Both the position numbers and the translations under genes were made by a program. The notes beneath the pieces are model-generated. The model was not told where the DNA came from. It saw nothing but the letters and a program-made list of their open reading frames with translations, and did not search any database. This document shows positions 8,874 to 17,852 of a DNA stretch of 64,000 bases, one piece after another. How positions within the stretch are numbered: position 1 is the stretch's first letter; the number at the start of each line of letters is the position of its first letter. The DNA comes from a virus. Taxonomy: Duplodnaviria; Heunggongvirae; Uroviricota; Caudoviricetes. The DNA lies in IMG/VR virus record IMGVR_UViG_3300042298_002704; one strand, written 5' to 3'.

Positions 8874-9621
8874 ATAAATATCTAAAAGTTTTTAGCATCC
8901 AATAATTTACTTGCTCACTGCCTCCGGGAACTGCATTAAAATGATAAACTCCGGGAATTTCCGTAAATAACATTCTATCATCTAAAACGTTCTTTCTTCC
9001 CAAATCTTGCATATTGAATTGGTATGGAAGTAATTTAACTTTCCAATCATTATGTCGAACCAACATATTAATTAAGGGTTGATCAGTTCCGACCCCGTAC
9101 TTCTTTTGCATTGATTGAACCTTTGATTGGTTCTTCCAATAAAAATCCAAAATAGTTTCATGTATGAACCTGAAACTTTTATTCGTTATCATGAATCCAG
9201 TATTGAAATAATTCCAGATATGTTTTTGTTCGACATTTGGAGTCCCAAAAAACTCATATTCATAATTTTCAACACTTCGACATAACCAATCATAATCACC
9301 GTCATTATGGACAGCACAAAATTCATGTTTTGTTAATTCAAAAAAGTTTGGACATTGAGGATGAATAATCGTATCGGCATCAACCATTAAAATCTGGTCA
9401 TATTCAATTCCTTCATTTTCTAACAATTGGAAAACATAATGACGTTGAATGATTGGAGTCATTTCTTCAAGCGGAACGACTGGTTCTTCCAAAACCATGA
9501 CTTGGGAATTATTGTTTTTGGCCCAACGTTTCCAACTTTCAATAGATAACCCATACATATCATCCCTGTTAGGACGATTCGGGTTTTTAATGTTGATTAT
9601 AAGGATTATGTTTTTATTCAT
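8851..9621 (-). CDS. Glycosyltransferase, GT8-like (GT-A)
   Basis: ILMVDADTII (DxD), YFNTGFMI, GTDQPLIN, LLPYQFN, YHFNA; probable start MNKNI at 9621. Confidence 0.8.
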   Translation of the reverse strand: MNKNIILIINIKNPNRPNRDDMYGLSIESWKRWAKNNNSQVMVLEEPVVPLEEMTPIIQRHYVFQLLENEGIEYDQILMVDADTIIHPQCPNFFELTKHEFCAVHNDGDYDWLCRSVENYEYEFFGTPNVEQKHIWNYFNTGFMITNKSFRFIHETILDFYWKNQSKVQSMQKKYGVGTDQPLINMLVRHNDWKVKLLPYQFNMQDLGRKNVLDDRMLFTEIPGVYHFNAVPGGSEQVNYWMLKTFRYLYENQRNI

Positions 9622-9900
9622 AACATTCATCTATTTTATTCATCCTATCAACCCAGTCTTTTTGAGCAACTTTAAACGCATCGTTTAATTCTTTCTTTAA
9701 TATTGACCGGCCTATCGAAAACATTATTTGCCACGCAAATCCTTGTTTATAAGTTTTATTTGGTATTTTAGTAATGCAATATCGACAAAATAGTGTTACA
9801 GCATAATATGTCTCATCTTTCCATTTACTTCTCTTGGTTTAACTTGAACTTCGAAGTAAGAGGCAAATAATACGGCAAAAATTAAAAATAATCGTTTCAT
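9614..9900 (-). pseudogene. Probable ~95-aa gene with a 1-nt frameshift near 9838
   Basis: MKRLFLIFAVLFASYFEVQVK continues in another frame as TKRSKWKDETYY...MNKIDECYE*; span 287 nt, one short of 288; ends in an ATGAATAA overlap with the next start. Confidence 0.45.
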
Positions 9901-10998
9901 TTAAATTTGTTTAATTAATTCGTTTGCAATTTCAACACTCGTCCCAATCTTTCCACTGAAAATGCTGTAAAGTTGGTCTGAATGTTTGGTTATGTAACTT
10001 GGCCGGGCATCATCATGTTCTCTGTCCGGTAAAACGGTTCTTACTGTAAACATTGAACCTTGATAATGAACGTTACCTATTTTTTTATTTAAACCTTTAT
10101 TTGATTCAGGTAAAACTGGTTCACCTTCAAATTTAAAATATTCATTTAACCCATTCAAAATAAACGGAAAACGACTTAAAGAACTTTTAACAAGTCCAAT
10201 ATTCAAAATTTTCAAATAACCATTAGGAACTTGAAATATTTTTCCAACTTGACGTTCATGTATGGCTTCGCTTACATGGCCGACAACATGAAAATATGGA
10301 TTACTTCCGTATGGATCAATACAGCAAAATTCACCGTCAACTACAACGATACCTTTATTTTTATATTCTCGACCGATTGAAACCAGCGCCTTTTCACAAA
10401 GTTCAAACTGATAATCGATATGTTGATCAGAAGGTAAAAGTTCATTTATATTTGCGTAAGTTGAATTTATTACTAAATCGAACCTTTGCAAATCTTTACG
10501 CTCAAATTTTTGTGCGTAATTAACTTTGATATTTGTCTTTCGCAATCTTTCGACTATATCCAAATACAATTTTCCTACATCAAAACTATTTTCTTCGACT
10601 TTTAAAACAGTTTCAATATTTTCTTCCCACAAAGGTAATGTATATTTAGGGACAATTTCAAATTTTAAGTCGTTATTAACTAAAAATTTACAATATTCGT
10701 CAGAATTAACCTTAGATCGAGTCGAAATTGCGTAAAAACGCTCATAACCCGAATTCACAACAGCATTTGGGTAAAATTCTTCAAACGCTCTAACCCCACT
10801 AAGCACCTGTTCAACTGTTTCCTTTGAACGAGGATAATGATAACCCCTATGCAGCCGGTACTGATTAATTCCGCTGGCTGCTGATAATATGGAGGTATTT
10901 TTTTCAAAAATTTCAACTTGCGCCTTTGGAAATTTTTCTTTTAATTTTAAAGCAGAAGTACAACCAAATATTCCTGCACCAACTATTGCTATTTTCAA
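9901..10998 (-). CDS. FAD-dependent oxidoreductase (DAO-like)
   Basis: MKIAIVGAGIFG (GxGxxG), EIFEKN, ASGINQYRLHRGYHYPRS. Confidence 0.8.
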   Translation of the reverse strand: MKIAIVGAGIFGCTSALKLKEKFPKAQVEIFEKNTSILSAASGINQYRLHRGYHYPRSKETVEQVLSGVRAFEEFYPNAVVNSGYERFYAISTRSKVNSDEYCKFLVNNDLKFEIVPKYTLPLWEENIETVLKVEENSFDVGKLYLDIVERLRKTNIKVNYAQKFERKDLQRFDLVINSTYANINELLPSDQHIDYQFELCEKALVSIGREYKNKGIVVVDGEFCCIDPYGSNPYFHVVGHVSEAIHERQVGKIFQVPNGYLKILNIGLVKSSLSRFPFILNGLNEYFKFEGEPVLPESNKGLNKKIGNVHYQGSMFTVRTVLPDREHDDARPSYITKHSDQLYSIFSGKIGTSVEIANELIKQI

Positions 10999-11013
10999 TA
11001 ACGTACCCTTTTA

Positions 11014-11406
11014 CTAAAATTTGTGTCTAAATTGAACCGAAATATTAACGTTATCCAAAAAAACGTCAATGTTTAAACATAATTTTCGCTTAAACATAAC
11101 TTCGAAGTTGATCGGAGTATTGTATCCCTTCTCCTTATGAACGTAATGAAATGGCGGTAATCCGGTATAAAACCGAAAGTTCTTATATTTAAAAACTCTA
11201 AATGACATTTTTGCGTATAAGCGATCATCCCCATTAAAATTGGTCAAATATTCTAACCTCAAAAATGCCAAATCAATATCTTGCTCCCATTGAACAAATG
11301 CAAAATTCCCATCATTGTGACTTAGACTTATACCCGTATAAACATCATTTAGTTCTTGTGAAAATAAGGTTAAGGGTAAAAACAATAATGGGAATAAGAG
11401 TTTCAT
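11014..11406 (-). CDS. Exported protein, possible small outer-membrane beta-barrel
   Basis: Signal peptide MKLLFPLLFLPLTLFSQ; alternating hydrophobic strands; C-terminal VQFRHKF. Confidence 0.45.
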   Translation of the reverse strand: MKLLFPLLFLPLTLFSQELNDVYTGISLSHNDGNFAFVQWEQDIDLAFLRLEYLTNFNGDDRLYAKMSFRVFKYKNFRFYTGLPPFHYVHKEKGYNTPINFEVMFKRKLCLNIDVFLDNVNISVQFRHKF

Positions 11407-12224
11407 GACATAAATTCCTGTTTAATCCAGTTTAAAACGTTTCCGGTTGGAGAATAACCAATTTTTTGAATTTTTGAAATATCCGCCAATGTTTCACTTC
11501 TACCTACAAATCCTTCCTCAAAAACAATTGGATGATTAAATGCTTGTGCGATTTCAAGTATTGAATAATTAACTTGACTTCCTACTTCATAAATATCAAA
11601 TTTATTTTGTTCTAACATTAAAATATTCGCGTTTACAATATCGTTAACAAAAGTGAAATCTCTTTTTTGATTCCCGTCTCCGAAAATAATCAAAGGTTCA
11701 TTGTTGTCTTTTCTATCCTTGAACTTTTGCAAAACAGTTGCGTATCCGCCAGAAGCCATTCTTTCTCCATAAACGTTGAAATATCTTAATATTTGAATAT
11801 CCATTCCATATAAATGTGCATACATTTCACAAAGTTCTTCCCCGATTAATTTTGAATGTGCGTATGGATTCGTAGGGTCAAATACTGAACTTGAACTTGA
11901 GTATATGAACTTTTTAACTCCTTGCTTTCTACACGCTTCCAAAAGGTTCAACGTCGAAACGATATTGTTGTAATAATAATGTTGAGGGCGATCATAACTT
12001 TGAGGTATCCTTGCTACCGCCGCTACATGAAAGACTGCATCGACGCCCTTCAAATCAATTTCAGAGGTATTGCACAAATCAATATGCAAACCAGTTACTT
12101 TTGAGTTTCTATATTTACCAGTCGAACCATTATCGATACCAATAACTTCGTGTCCTAATTCAAGTAGACGTTCAGTTAAGTGACTTCCAATAAATCCTCT
12201 CCATCCCGTGATTAATACTTTCAA
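11403..12224 (-). CDS. NAD-dependent epimerase/dehydratase (extended SDR)
   Basis: VLITGWRGFIG, YSSSSS, YAHSK (YxxxK), LRYFNVYG, RDFTFVNDIV. Confidence 0.92.
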   Translation of the reverse strand: MKVLITGWRGFIGSHLTERLLELGHEVIGIDNGSTGKYRNSKVTGLHIDLCNTSEIDLKGVDAVFHVAAVARIPQSYDRPQHYYYNNIVSTLNLLEACRKQGVKKFIYSSSSSVFDPTNPYAHSKLIGEELCEMYAHLYGMDIQILRYFNVYGERMASGGYATVLQKFKDRKDNNEPLIIFGDGNQKRDFTFVNDIVNANILMLEQNKFDIYEVGSQVNYSILEIAQAFNHPIVFEEGFVGRSETLADISKIQKIGYSPTGNVLNWIKQEFMS

Positions 12225-12467
12225 TTATTGATCTCCCCAAGTTTGTTTAAATTCAAAATTACCTAAATAAATGTTCCTAACATCATCTAAAAATTCTTCC
12301 AGAGAAACTGGCAAATCCCAATTTAACATCAACCGGTAACCCGAGTCTGTCCACCAATCTATTGATTTGTTATTTAAAATTAAATAGCCTTGGTAGTCAT
12401 CAGGAAGTTGGTCGATTTTATTTCGGATGCTGGGAATATCTGTGTAATAAATTGCTATTGAGTACAT
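12225..12467 (-). CDS. Hypothetical protein (80 aa)
   Basis: ORF abutting neighbours. Confidence 0.55.
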   Translation of the reverse strand: MYSIAIYYTDIPSIRNKIDQLPDDYQGYLILNNKSIDWWTDSGYRLMLNWDLPVSLEEFLDDVRNIYLGNFEFKQTWGDQ

Positions 12468-12471
12468 TATT

Positions 12472-13221
12472 TTATTGATATTTTTCTTTAATTAAATCCC
12501 ACGTCTGTTTCATCACATTTATCCTATCTTCAATCGGAAATCCTGTAAAGTGCCAAACATAGGCATATTTGATAAAATAAGGAGTTGAGTCAAGTTTTAA
12601 TTGCCAATTCCCGGTGAACATATTTTTACGATGGATTGATAAAAGGTTCCATTCAGGATGCAACATTTCAATTTCTACATTATTTTTTTGTAAAAAGAAA
12701 TTTAACAATGTTTGCTCTTTACCACCACCTTCAATTTCATGTATTTCATCTTGTTTTTCTAAATAAAAGTCTAACAAAGATTCAAATATATGAAGGTTTT
12801 CGTAACCACAAAAAAGAACTCCGGCATTTAAATATTTCATTAAATCCAATTTTACATCCGGAAAGAACTTTTGTCTCTGTTTAACTGAATCTAATAACCA
12901 TTTCAAATCACATAAATCATTTACACCGTAAAACTTCCCATATTCAACTTGGTCAAATATATTTGGTGCATCCCAACGAACCATCGTATCTGAATCAATG
13001 ACTCCGATTTTTTGGTAATCTTGACCAACTAAATACACTTTTTCTTTATTCCATATAGGAAATCGTAGCCTTGGGTCGTTTTCAGTACAAATGTATAAAT
13101 CAATATTATAACGTTTGCAATAATGTTCCCAAGTTTTGATACAATACTGGGCATATTCAGAATCTTTGAACTTTGAAGTTTCTGAATCGATGCTGGTGAT
13201 GTAGATTAGATTTTTATTCAT
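12472..13221 (-). CDS. Glycosyltransferase, GT8-like; paralog of 8851..9621
   Basis: VIDSDTMV (DxD), YLNAGVLF, KEQTLLN, LHPEWN, WHFTGF. Confidence 0.8.
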   Translation of the reverse strand: MNKNLIYITSIDSETSKFKDSEYAQYCIKTWEHYCKRYNIDLYICTENDPRLRFPIWNKEKVYLVGQDYQKIGVIDSDTMVRWDAPNIFDQVEYGKFYGVNDLCDLKWLLDSVKQRQKFFPDVKLDLMKYLNAGVLFCGYENLHIFESLLDFYLEKQDEIHEIEGGGKEQTLLNFFLQKNNVEIEMLHPEWNLLSIHRKNMFTGNWQLKLDSTPYFIKYAYVWHFTGFPIEDRINVMKQTWDLIKEKYQ

Positions 13222-14370
13222 TTATGAAAAAGTTGGATTATCTTGCCAATCTGAACCTGCACCAGAACCACCAAATTCTCCTCCACCAAATTGACTTTCG
13301 TTGATTATTTCCCCAGTTGACATGATTGGTTCTGACATAAAAACATCAATATTTTCACGGTGTAGCATATAATGACTGAAATAATCAGTTACATTTATAT
13401 TATTGGTTACAAAAAATCCACGGTCGTCTCTTTTAATATCTTCTGAAAGAGGAGTAAATTCTTTTATCCGCTTATAATATTCACGTTTTTGAATATCTCC
13501 ATGCCAAATATGAAATAGATTTCCTTTAACGTATGAAATCAATGGTTTATTTCTATTTGGATATTTTAATATTCGTAAATTTTCTCCCTCTGCTAAATAA
13601 CTCCAAGATTTAATATCCTCTAAATCTCCAAAACTCTTTGAAATGCATGAACACGGAATCTGACCAACAAAGGCATGAGCCATAATATGATCTGCGCCGC
13701 CAATCAATGCTTTGTCATATAATCCACCAATTTCTTTAAGATATTCAGTCCTTGCGCCCCAAGCAAATCCAACGTGACCATGAACATCATAATCATCTGA
13801 CATTGCGTTTTTTGGACATAATCGAACATTTGAACCGAATGATCTCCAAATATTATACATCCGAGCAACTACCGACGGCTGATCATTAATAAAATGTTTC
13901 CCTATGTTTTGATCTCTGGAAATGTCAGCCTCATCCCGATTTAAATGAAAGCAATATTCAAAAGGCTGAACGACATTATAATTTTCTAGTTCTTTACACG
14001 CATCAATTAACCAACGCTTGTTATCAAAAATTACATCAGTATCTAACCAAAATACATATTTGTATTTTCCTTCTTCAATAATTTGTTTGATTATTTTATT
14101 TAACAGTGTTTCTTTATGCCACAAATGTTGGGGAACTATAATACTTTCCTTACAACCATTTTTTGAAAAATGATTCGGAATTTCCGGAACGTCTCCTTCC
14201 AGAACACCTTCCAAAATAAAATAATTCAAATGTTTAATACTTTCAAACCATTTATCAAATGCCTTCTTTCGGTATTCGTTTCGTTGCGGGTTGAAATAAC
14301 AAGCAATAATGATTGCATCTTTGTGGTTGTGGTAACCACTTGTAAATAAATTTTTAAAAAAGTTTACCAT
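13222..14370 (-). CDS. Glycosyltransferase-like protein (GT-A) with Gly-rich C-terminal tail
   Basis: YVFWLDTDVIF (DxD), HVGFAWGAR, IGGADHIMA, FHIWHG; tail FGGGEFGGSGAGSDW. Confidence 0.65.
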   Translation of the reverse strand: MVNFFKNLFTSGYHNHKDAIIIACYFNPQRNEYRKKAFDKWFESIKHLNYFILEGVLEGDVPEIPNHFSKNGCKESIIVPQHLWHKETLLNKIIKQIIEEGKYKYVFWLDTDVIFDNKRWLIDACKELENYNVVQPFEYCFHLNRDEADISRDQNIGKHFINDQPSVVARMYNIWRSFGSNVRLCPKNAMSDDYDVHGHVGFAWGARTEYLKEIGGLYDKALIGGADHIMAHAFVGQIPCSCISKSFGDLEDIKSWSYLAEGENLRILKYPNRNKPLISYVKGNLFHIWHGDIQKREYYKRIKEFTPLSEDIKRDDRGFFVTNNINVTDYFSHYMLHRENIDVFMSEPIMSTGEIINESQFGGGEFGGSGAGSDWQDNPTFS

Positions 14371-14594
14371 TTTACGAAGTAATTTATTTCATTATATCTT
14401 CCACCAGTTTCAACTTTTAACCCATCTTCTTTAAGACGGTCAACCGTTTCATTACTTAAATCATCAAATACGCAATAGAATTGTCCTTCTTGCGCAGTTT
14501 TTTTAAGTTTGTCTTGGACAATGGCCAATTCTACTGTTTGGTATTTTTTACTGACCGTTTCAGCAAGTTGTCGCAATTCTTCTGCAAAGTTCAT
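14364..14594 (-). CDS. Hypothetical protein (76 aa)
   Basis: ORF with 7-nt overlap to next gene. Confidence 0.6.
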   Translation of the reverse strand: MNFAEELRQLAETVSKKYQTVELAIVQDKLKKTAQEGQFYCVFDDLSNETVDRLKEDGLKVETGGRYNEINYFVKW

Positions 14595-14642
14595 ATTTTT
14601 AATTTGTTATAAACAAGTGAACAATATTTAATTTGATTCAAA

Positions 14643-14843
14643 TCAATCATTACATTTTTCGTCGATCCAGTTTTGTGCTTCTTCATAAGTTTTAAATGAT
14701 AGTGGGGAATCCCAGTCAATTACAAGTTTAAAATCATTTGTTTTAATTAACCCAAATAAATAAGTTTTGCGCTTATAAATCCAATATTCATAAACATCCC
14801 ACCATACTTCGGTAGGTTCAATTTTAAAATCTTCTTTTTTCAT
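14643..14843 (-). CDS. Hypothetical protein (66 aa)
   Basis: ATGA overlap with upstream gene. Confidence 0.55.
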   Translation of the reverse strand: MKKEDFKIEPTEVWWDVYEYWIYKRKTYLFGLIKTNDFKLVIDWDSPLSFKTYEEAQNWIDEKCND

Positions 14844-15040
14844 TTTATATTTCTAAATAATAAAAGTTCAGATAGTTTTTCCGGAAGGCCAGAAGCGTTT
14901 ATATAATATCGATCTGAATGTGACCATTTATCATATGTAAATTTTGTCGCATTTTCTTTTAGAATTGGTAGCATCCAATCGAGTTCTTGTTTTGTGATAT
15001 CACTTGATGAAAAACCAAACGATTTCTTTTTCTTATTCAT
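14840..15040 (-). CDS. Hypothetical protein (66 aa)
   Basis: ATGA/ATAA overlaps at both ends. Confidence 0.55.
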   Translation of the reverse strand: MNKKKKSFGFSSSDITKQELDWMLPILKENATKFTYDKWSHSDRYYINASGLPEKLSELLLFRNIK

Positions 15041-15924
15041 TTTACAAAATTTTCGTGATTTTTAATTGCTTCTGGGTGAGGTACATCAATGAATTGCGCC
15101 CATCGTGCTTTGTCTTGTCGGGAAGGGCGAATTATGATTTTATTTTGAACATCTAAACCCGATTCAAAAACATAATTTTGAGTGTTCATTTTTATGTTTT
15201 GTAGACCGTTCTCAAAGTCTTGCCAATACTGCTCGTCTTTCCTCCAAATAAGTTCATATCGAAGTTCTTTGTATTTACCAGGTCTCCACCAACAATAATG
15301 TCGCACAAAAAAAGAATCTATTTTTTTAAGTTCTTTATAATCTTGTGTCAAATACCCCGAACCCATTTTTCTTCGATAATTATACCAATTATCAAATTTA
15401 TAAACAAATCTACGATATTTTGGTGAATTTATATTGCAATTTTCGGTATAATATTGGGTTTCTAAAAAATCAATATATTTGACTGATAATCCTTCCCCAA
15501 TATTCAACTTTGAAACTTCTTCTTGGATTAGTTGTTTATCAGTTTCAAGTAAAAATGAATCGCTTTCAAAACAATAAATTTCATCTTCGATTTCAGGTTC
15601 AAAACAACTAATTGATTGGATGTAACATTCGGTTGCAGTTAAATTTGGATGATAAATTTGAGGAATTACACTAACTAAATTTGGATATTTTTCTTCCAAA
15701 CTTTTAGTCAATTCCCAATCAAACCCGACAATACCTTTACCTTTATAAGTCCATTTACGATTAAATTCTAATTCATCGTTAAATCCTTTATTTTCAGGAC
15801 CAAGTGGCATTTTTCCTTCCGAAATGAAAATTTGATCAGGATTTAAGGTTTCAATTATATTTGGAATCAAAAACTCCAGCAAATGAAATTCTGCAAAAGA
15901 TGTTATAACTGCTATTCTTGCCAT
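15037..15924 (-). CDS. Glycosyltransferase-like protein (GT-A)
   Basis: GT2-like start RIAVITSFAE, CFESDSF (DxD-like), late RHYCWWR; TTG start. Confidence 0.5.
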   Translation of the reverse strand: MARIAVITSFAEFHLLEFLIPNIIETLNPDQIFISEGKMPLGPENKGFNDELEFNRKWTYKGKGIVGFDWELTKSLEEKYPNLVSVIPQIYHPNLTATECYIQSISCFEPEIEDEIYCFESDSFLLETDKQLIQEEVSKLNIGEGLSVKYIDFLETQYYTENCNINSPKYRRFVYKFDNWYNYRRKMGSGYLTQDYKELKKIDSFFVRHYCWWRPGKYKELRYELIWRKDEQYWQDFENGLQNIKMNTQNYVFESGLDVQNKIIIRPSRQDKARWAQFIDVPHPEAIKNHENFVK

Positions 15925-16121
15925 TCTTTTATATATTTTTTTGCAGTATCAAAACTCAAAATATAATGCTGCTTTAACTTTTTAAATTCTGAAACGGGCC
16001 AATTCAAATCATTACATCTTTGTAATTTGATTCGTTTCTTAATGTCATCAATATAGACAACAAATAATTTCTCGTTTTGAACCGAAGTTACAATTGTTCC
16101 TACTTTCATATTATTTATCAA
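15912..16121 (-). CDS. Hypothetical protein (69 aa)
   Basis: ORF overlapping both neighbours. Confidence 0.5.
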   Translation of the reverse strand: MINNMKVGTIVTSVQNEKLFVVYIDDIKKRIKLQRCNDLNWPVSEFKKLKQHYILSFDTAKKYIKEWQE

Positions 16122-16827
16122 TTAATTCTAATCTTCCGAGTAATATCCAGTTTCTAACTGACCATTGAGATATTTGAAAATAATCCCGAACTTCTTTTCT
16201 GGTTTGAAAAATTTGATTCGTTTCAGTATGGAAAAATGCCTTTTTATTCCATTCTTTACGAGTTTTTATAATCGTTTTTCTCGTTTCTTCCGAATGCTGT
16301 TTTCCATAAAACGCATGATTCTCTCCCACAATCAACCCGGAAAACGTTTTACTCATATTTTGTTTATATTCAATCGTGTAAGTTTTCCCAATATTAAATT
16401 CAGAAATCTTACGCTTTCCTTCGGATGGATATGGTTTTAAAAATGTCCAATGTTTTTCCCCAGTCATCAATCCAGTTAACGTTTGACTTATTTGCTGTTT
16501 AATTTCCGATGACTGAATATTTCCGTTTTCACCACCTGTTCTACAATTATAACATTCGTCCAATTCGATTAATTCCAAAGTAACAACTTCTTTTTCATGG
16601 TCACTCGCCGCTTTTCTTGTTGGGTAATCAGTAATAATTTCTTTGGAAAAGTTTTCCTTACCATATTTTTTAATTGCATCTTTCAATAAAGTCCCGGAAC
16701 CCATATAACCATCATCTAAATTATCAGTAGAATGGATTCCATAATAATATTTACCGTTAATCAAATTGGTAATTTTGTAAAAGTAATTGTGCAATCTTTC
16801 ATTCTGTTCTTGTTTTGGTTGGTTCAT
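16111..16827 (-). CDS. Free-standing GIY-YIG (Seg-like) homing endonuclease with NUMOD3-like repeats
   Basis: YFYKITNLINGKYYYGIHST...YMGSG...HEKE...YN; GKQHSEETRK. Confidence 0.9.
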   Translation of the reverse strand: MNQPKQEQNERLHNYFYKITNLINGKYYYGIHSTDNLDDGYMGSGTLLKDAIKKYGKENFSKEIITDYPTRKAASDHEKEVVTLELIELDECYNCRTGGENGNIQSSEIKQQISQTLTGLMTGEKHWTFLKPYPSEGKRKISEFNIGKTYTIEYKQNMSKTFSGLIVGENHAFYGKQHSEETRKTIIKTRKEWNKKAFFHTETNQIFQTRKEVRDYFQISQWSVRNWILLGRLELIDK

Positions 16828-16966
16828 TCAGATTCCTCATGGTATTAATTAAAGACTTTTCAACAAAGAAACTAATCTTCAAACCGTTTTCTTTACAATA
16901 ACGAACTACAACGTCATGTATAATAGAATCGATTTGTAATGTTTTAAATTTCTTGTCTTGTTTCAT
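16799..16966 (-). CDS. Small RHH-like DNA-binding protein (55 aa), not in ORF track; paralog of 4097..4276
   Basis: MKQDKKFKTLQIDSIIHDVVVRYCKENGLKISFFVEKSLINTMRNLNEPTKTRTE; overlaps the GIY-YIG start by 29 nt. Confidence 0.75.
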   Translation of the reverse strand: MKQDKKFKTLQIDSIIHDVVVRYCKENGLKISFFVEKSLINTMRNLNEPTKTRTE

Positions 16967-16968
16967 AC

Positions 16969-16990
16969 CTATAAGTATCCTAAATTTTAC
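16969..16990 (-). promoter_or_regulatory. Second copy of the 22-nt cassette motif (gtaaaatttaGGATACTTATAG)
   Basis: 21/22 identical to 4280..4301; 2 nt separate it from the ATG. Confidence 0.6.
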
Positions 16991-17021
16991 TATTAACTAC
17001 TAATTCATAGTAGATTTAATG

Positions 17022-17852
17022 TTAAAGTTTTATTAATGCGCCGACACCGCCCCAGTTTTCATTTCCATTAACAAATTCAAAAACTTCATATAGTTGACTA
17101 TCAATCATACAAATGTTTGGGTTATCTGACATTCTAACCTTAGTCAAATCCCTCCAAAATTCGCCGACATAGACATTTCTTTCATGATGTCTGTCGCTGA
17201 TGACCGTATCGTGAAAGCAAATCAGGCCGCCTTTATTGACAAATGGACTGTAATCCAAGAAGTCTTGTTTTACGCCTTCATAACTGTGATCTCCGTCAAT
17301 GAAGAGTAAATCAATTCTATCTTTGTCGTCCTTTGACCTATTCAGAATTTTAAACCCAATTAATTTTAAAAATTCAATTTGAGTTTTTTCTGAATGACTA
17401 TCACCTCTAATAAAATGACAATTTTCAAACCGTTCATTAAACCACAAATCTCTCTTATCCATTTCCTCTTCCGAAATTCCACCATGCAGACCACCATCCG
17501 ACATATCGATTGAAATACAAGTATCTGACCAGCCCCACTGATACCAATGTTCTTTATCCCTTCCAAATACTTCGTTCAACTTGTTCCAAATATAGAACGT
17601 TCCACCATATTTGGTTCCTATTTCAAGGACGTTAATAGGACGACCATCTTTCAAACCGGTATTTTGGATTAAAAAGTTGGTCAAATCAGTGATTTCTGAC
17701 CTAACTTGTGGCATATAGAGTTTATACGCATCATCAATTATTTTTTGAAATTCATCTATCATATCTGTGTATTTTTGTATTTTTTCAGTTGTATGCGTCG
17801 AAACTTGGTTCAACGCTTCTTTAAATAGGCTGTTTTTCATCAAATAATTCAT
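17022..17852 (-). CDS. Class I SAM-dependent methyltransferase (Methyltransf_24-like)
   Basis: VLEIGTKYGGT, FIRGDS, IDLLFIDGDHSYEGVKQDF, ICFHD. Confidence 0.85.
   Translation of the reverse strand: MNYLMKNSLFKEALNQVSTHTTEKIQKYTDMIDEFQKIIDDAYKLYMPQVRSEITDLTNFLIQNTGLKDGRPINVLEIGTKYGGTFYIWNKLNEVFGRDKEHWYQWGWSDTCISIDMSDGGLHGGISEEEMDKRDLWFNERFENCHFIRGDSHSEKTQIEFLKLIGFKILNRSKDDKDRIDLLFIDGDHSYEGVKQDFLDYSPFVNKGGLICFHDTVISDRHHERNVYVGEFWRDLTKVRMSDNPNICMIDSQLYEVFEFVNGNENWGGVGALIKL

Noticed and set aside
16991-17021. A stranded 5' gene fragment upstream of the GIY-YIG cassette, as found for the LAGLIDADG cassette
   Set aside because: Only ATG-AAT-TAG is present; similarity to the downstream gene starts is too weak to support
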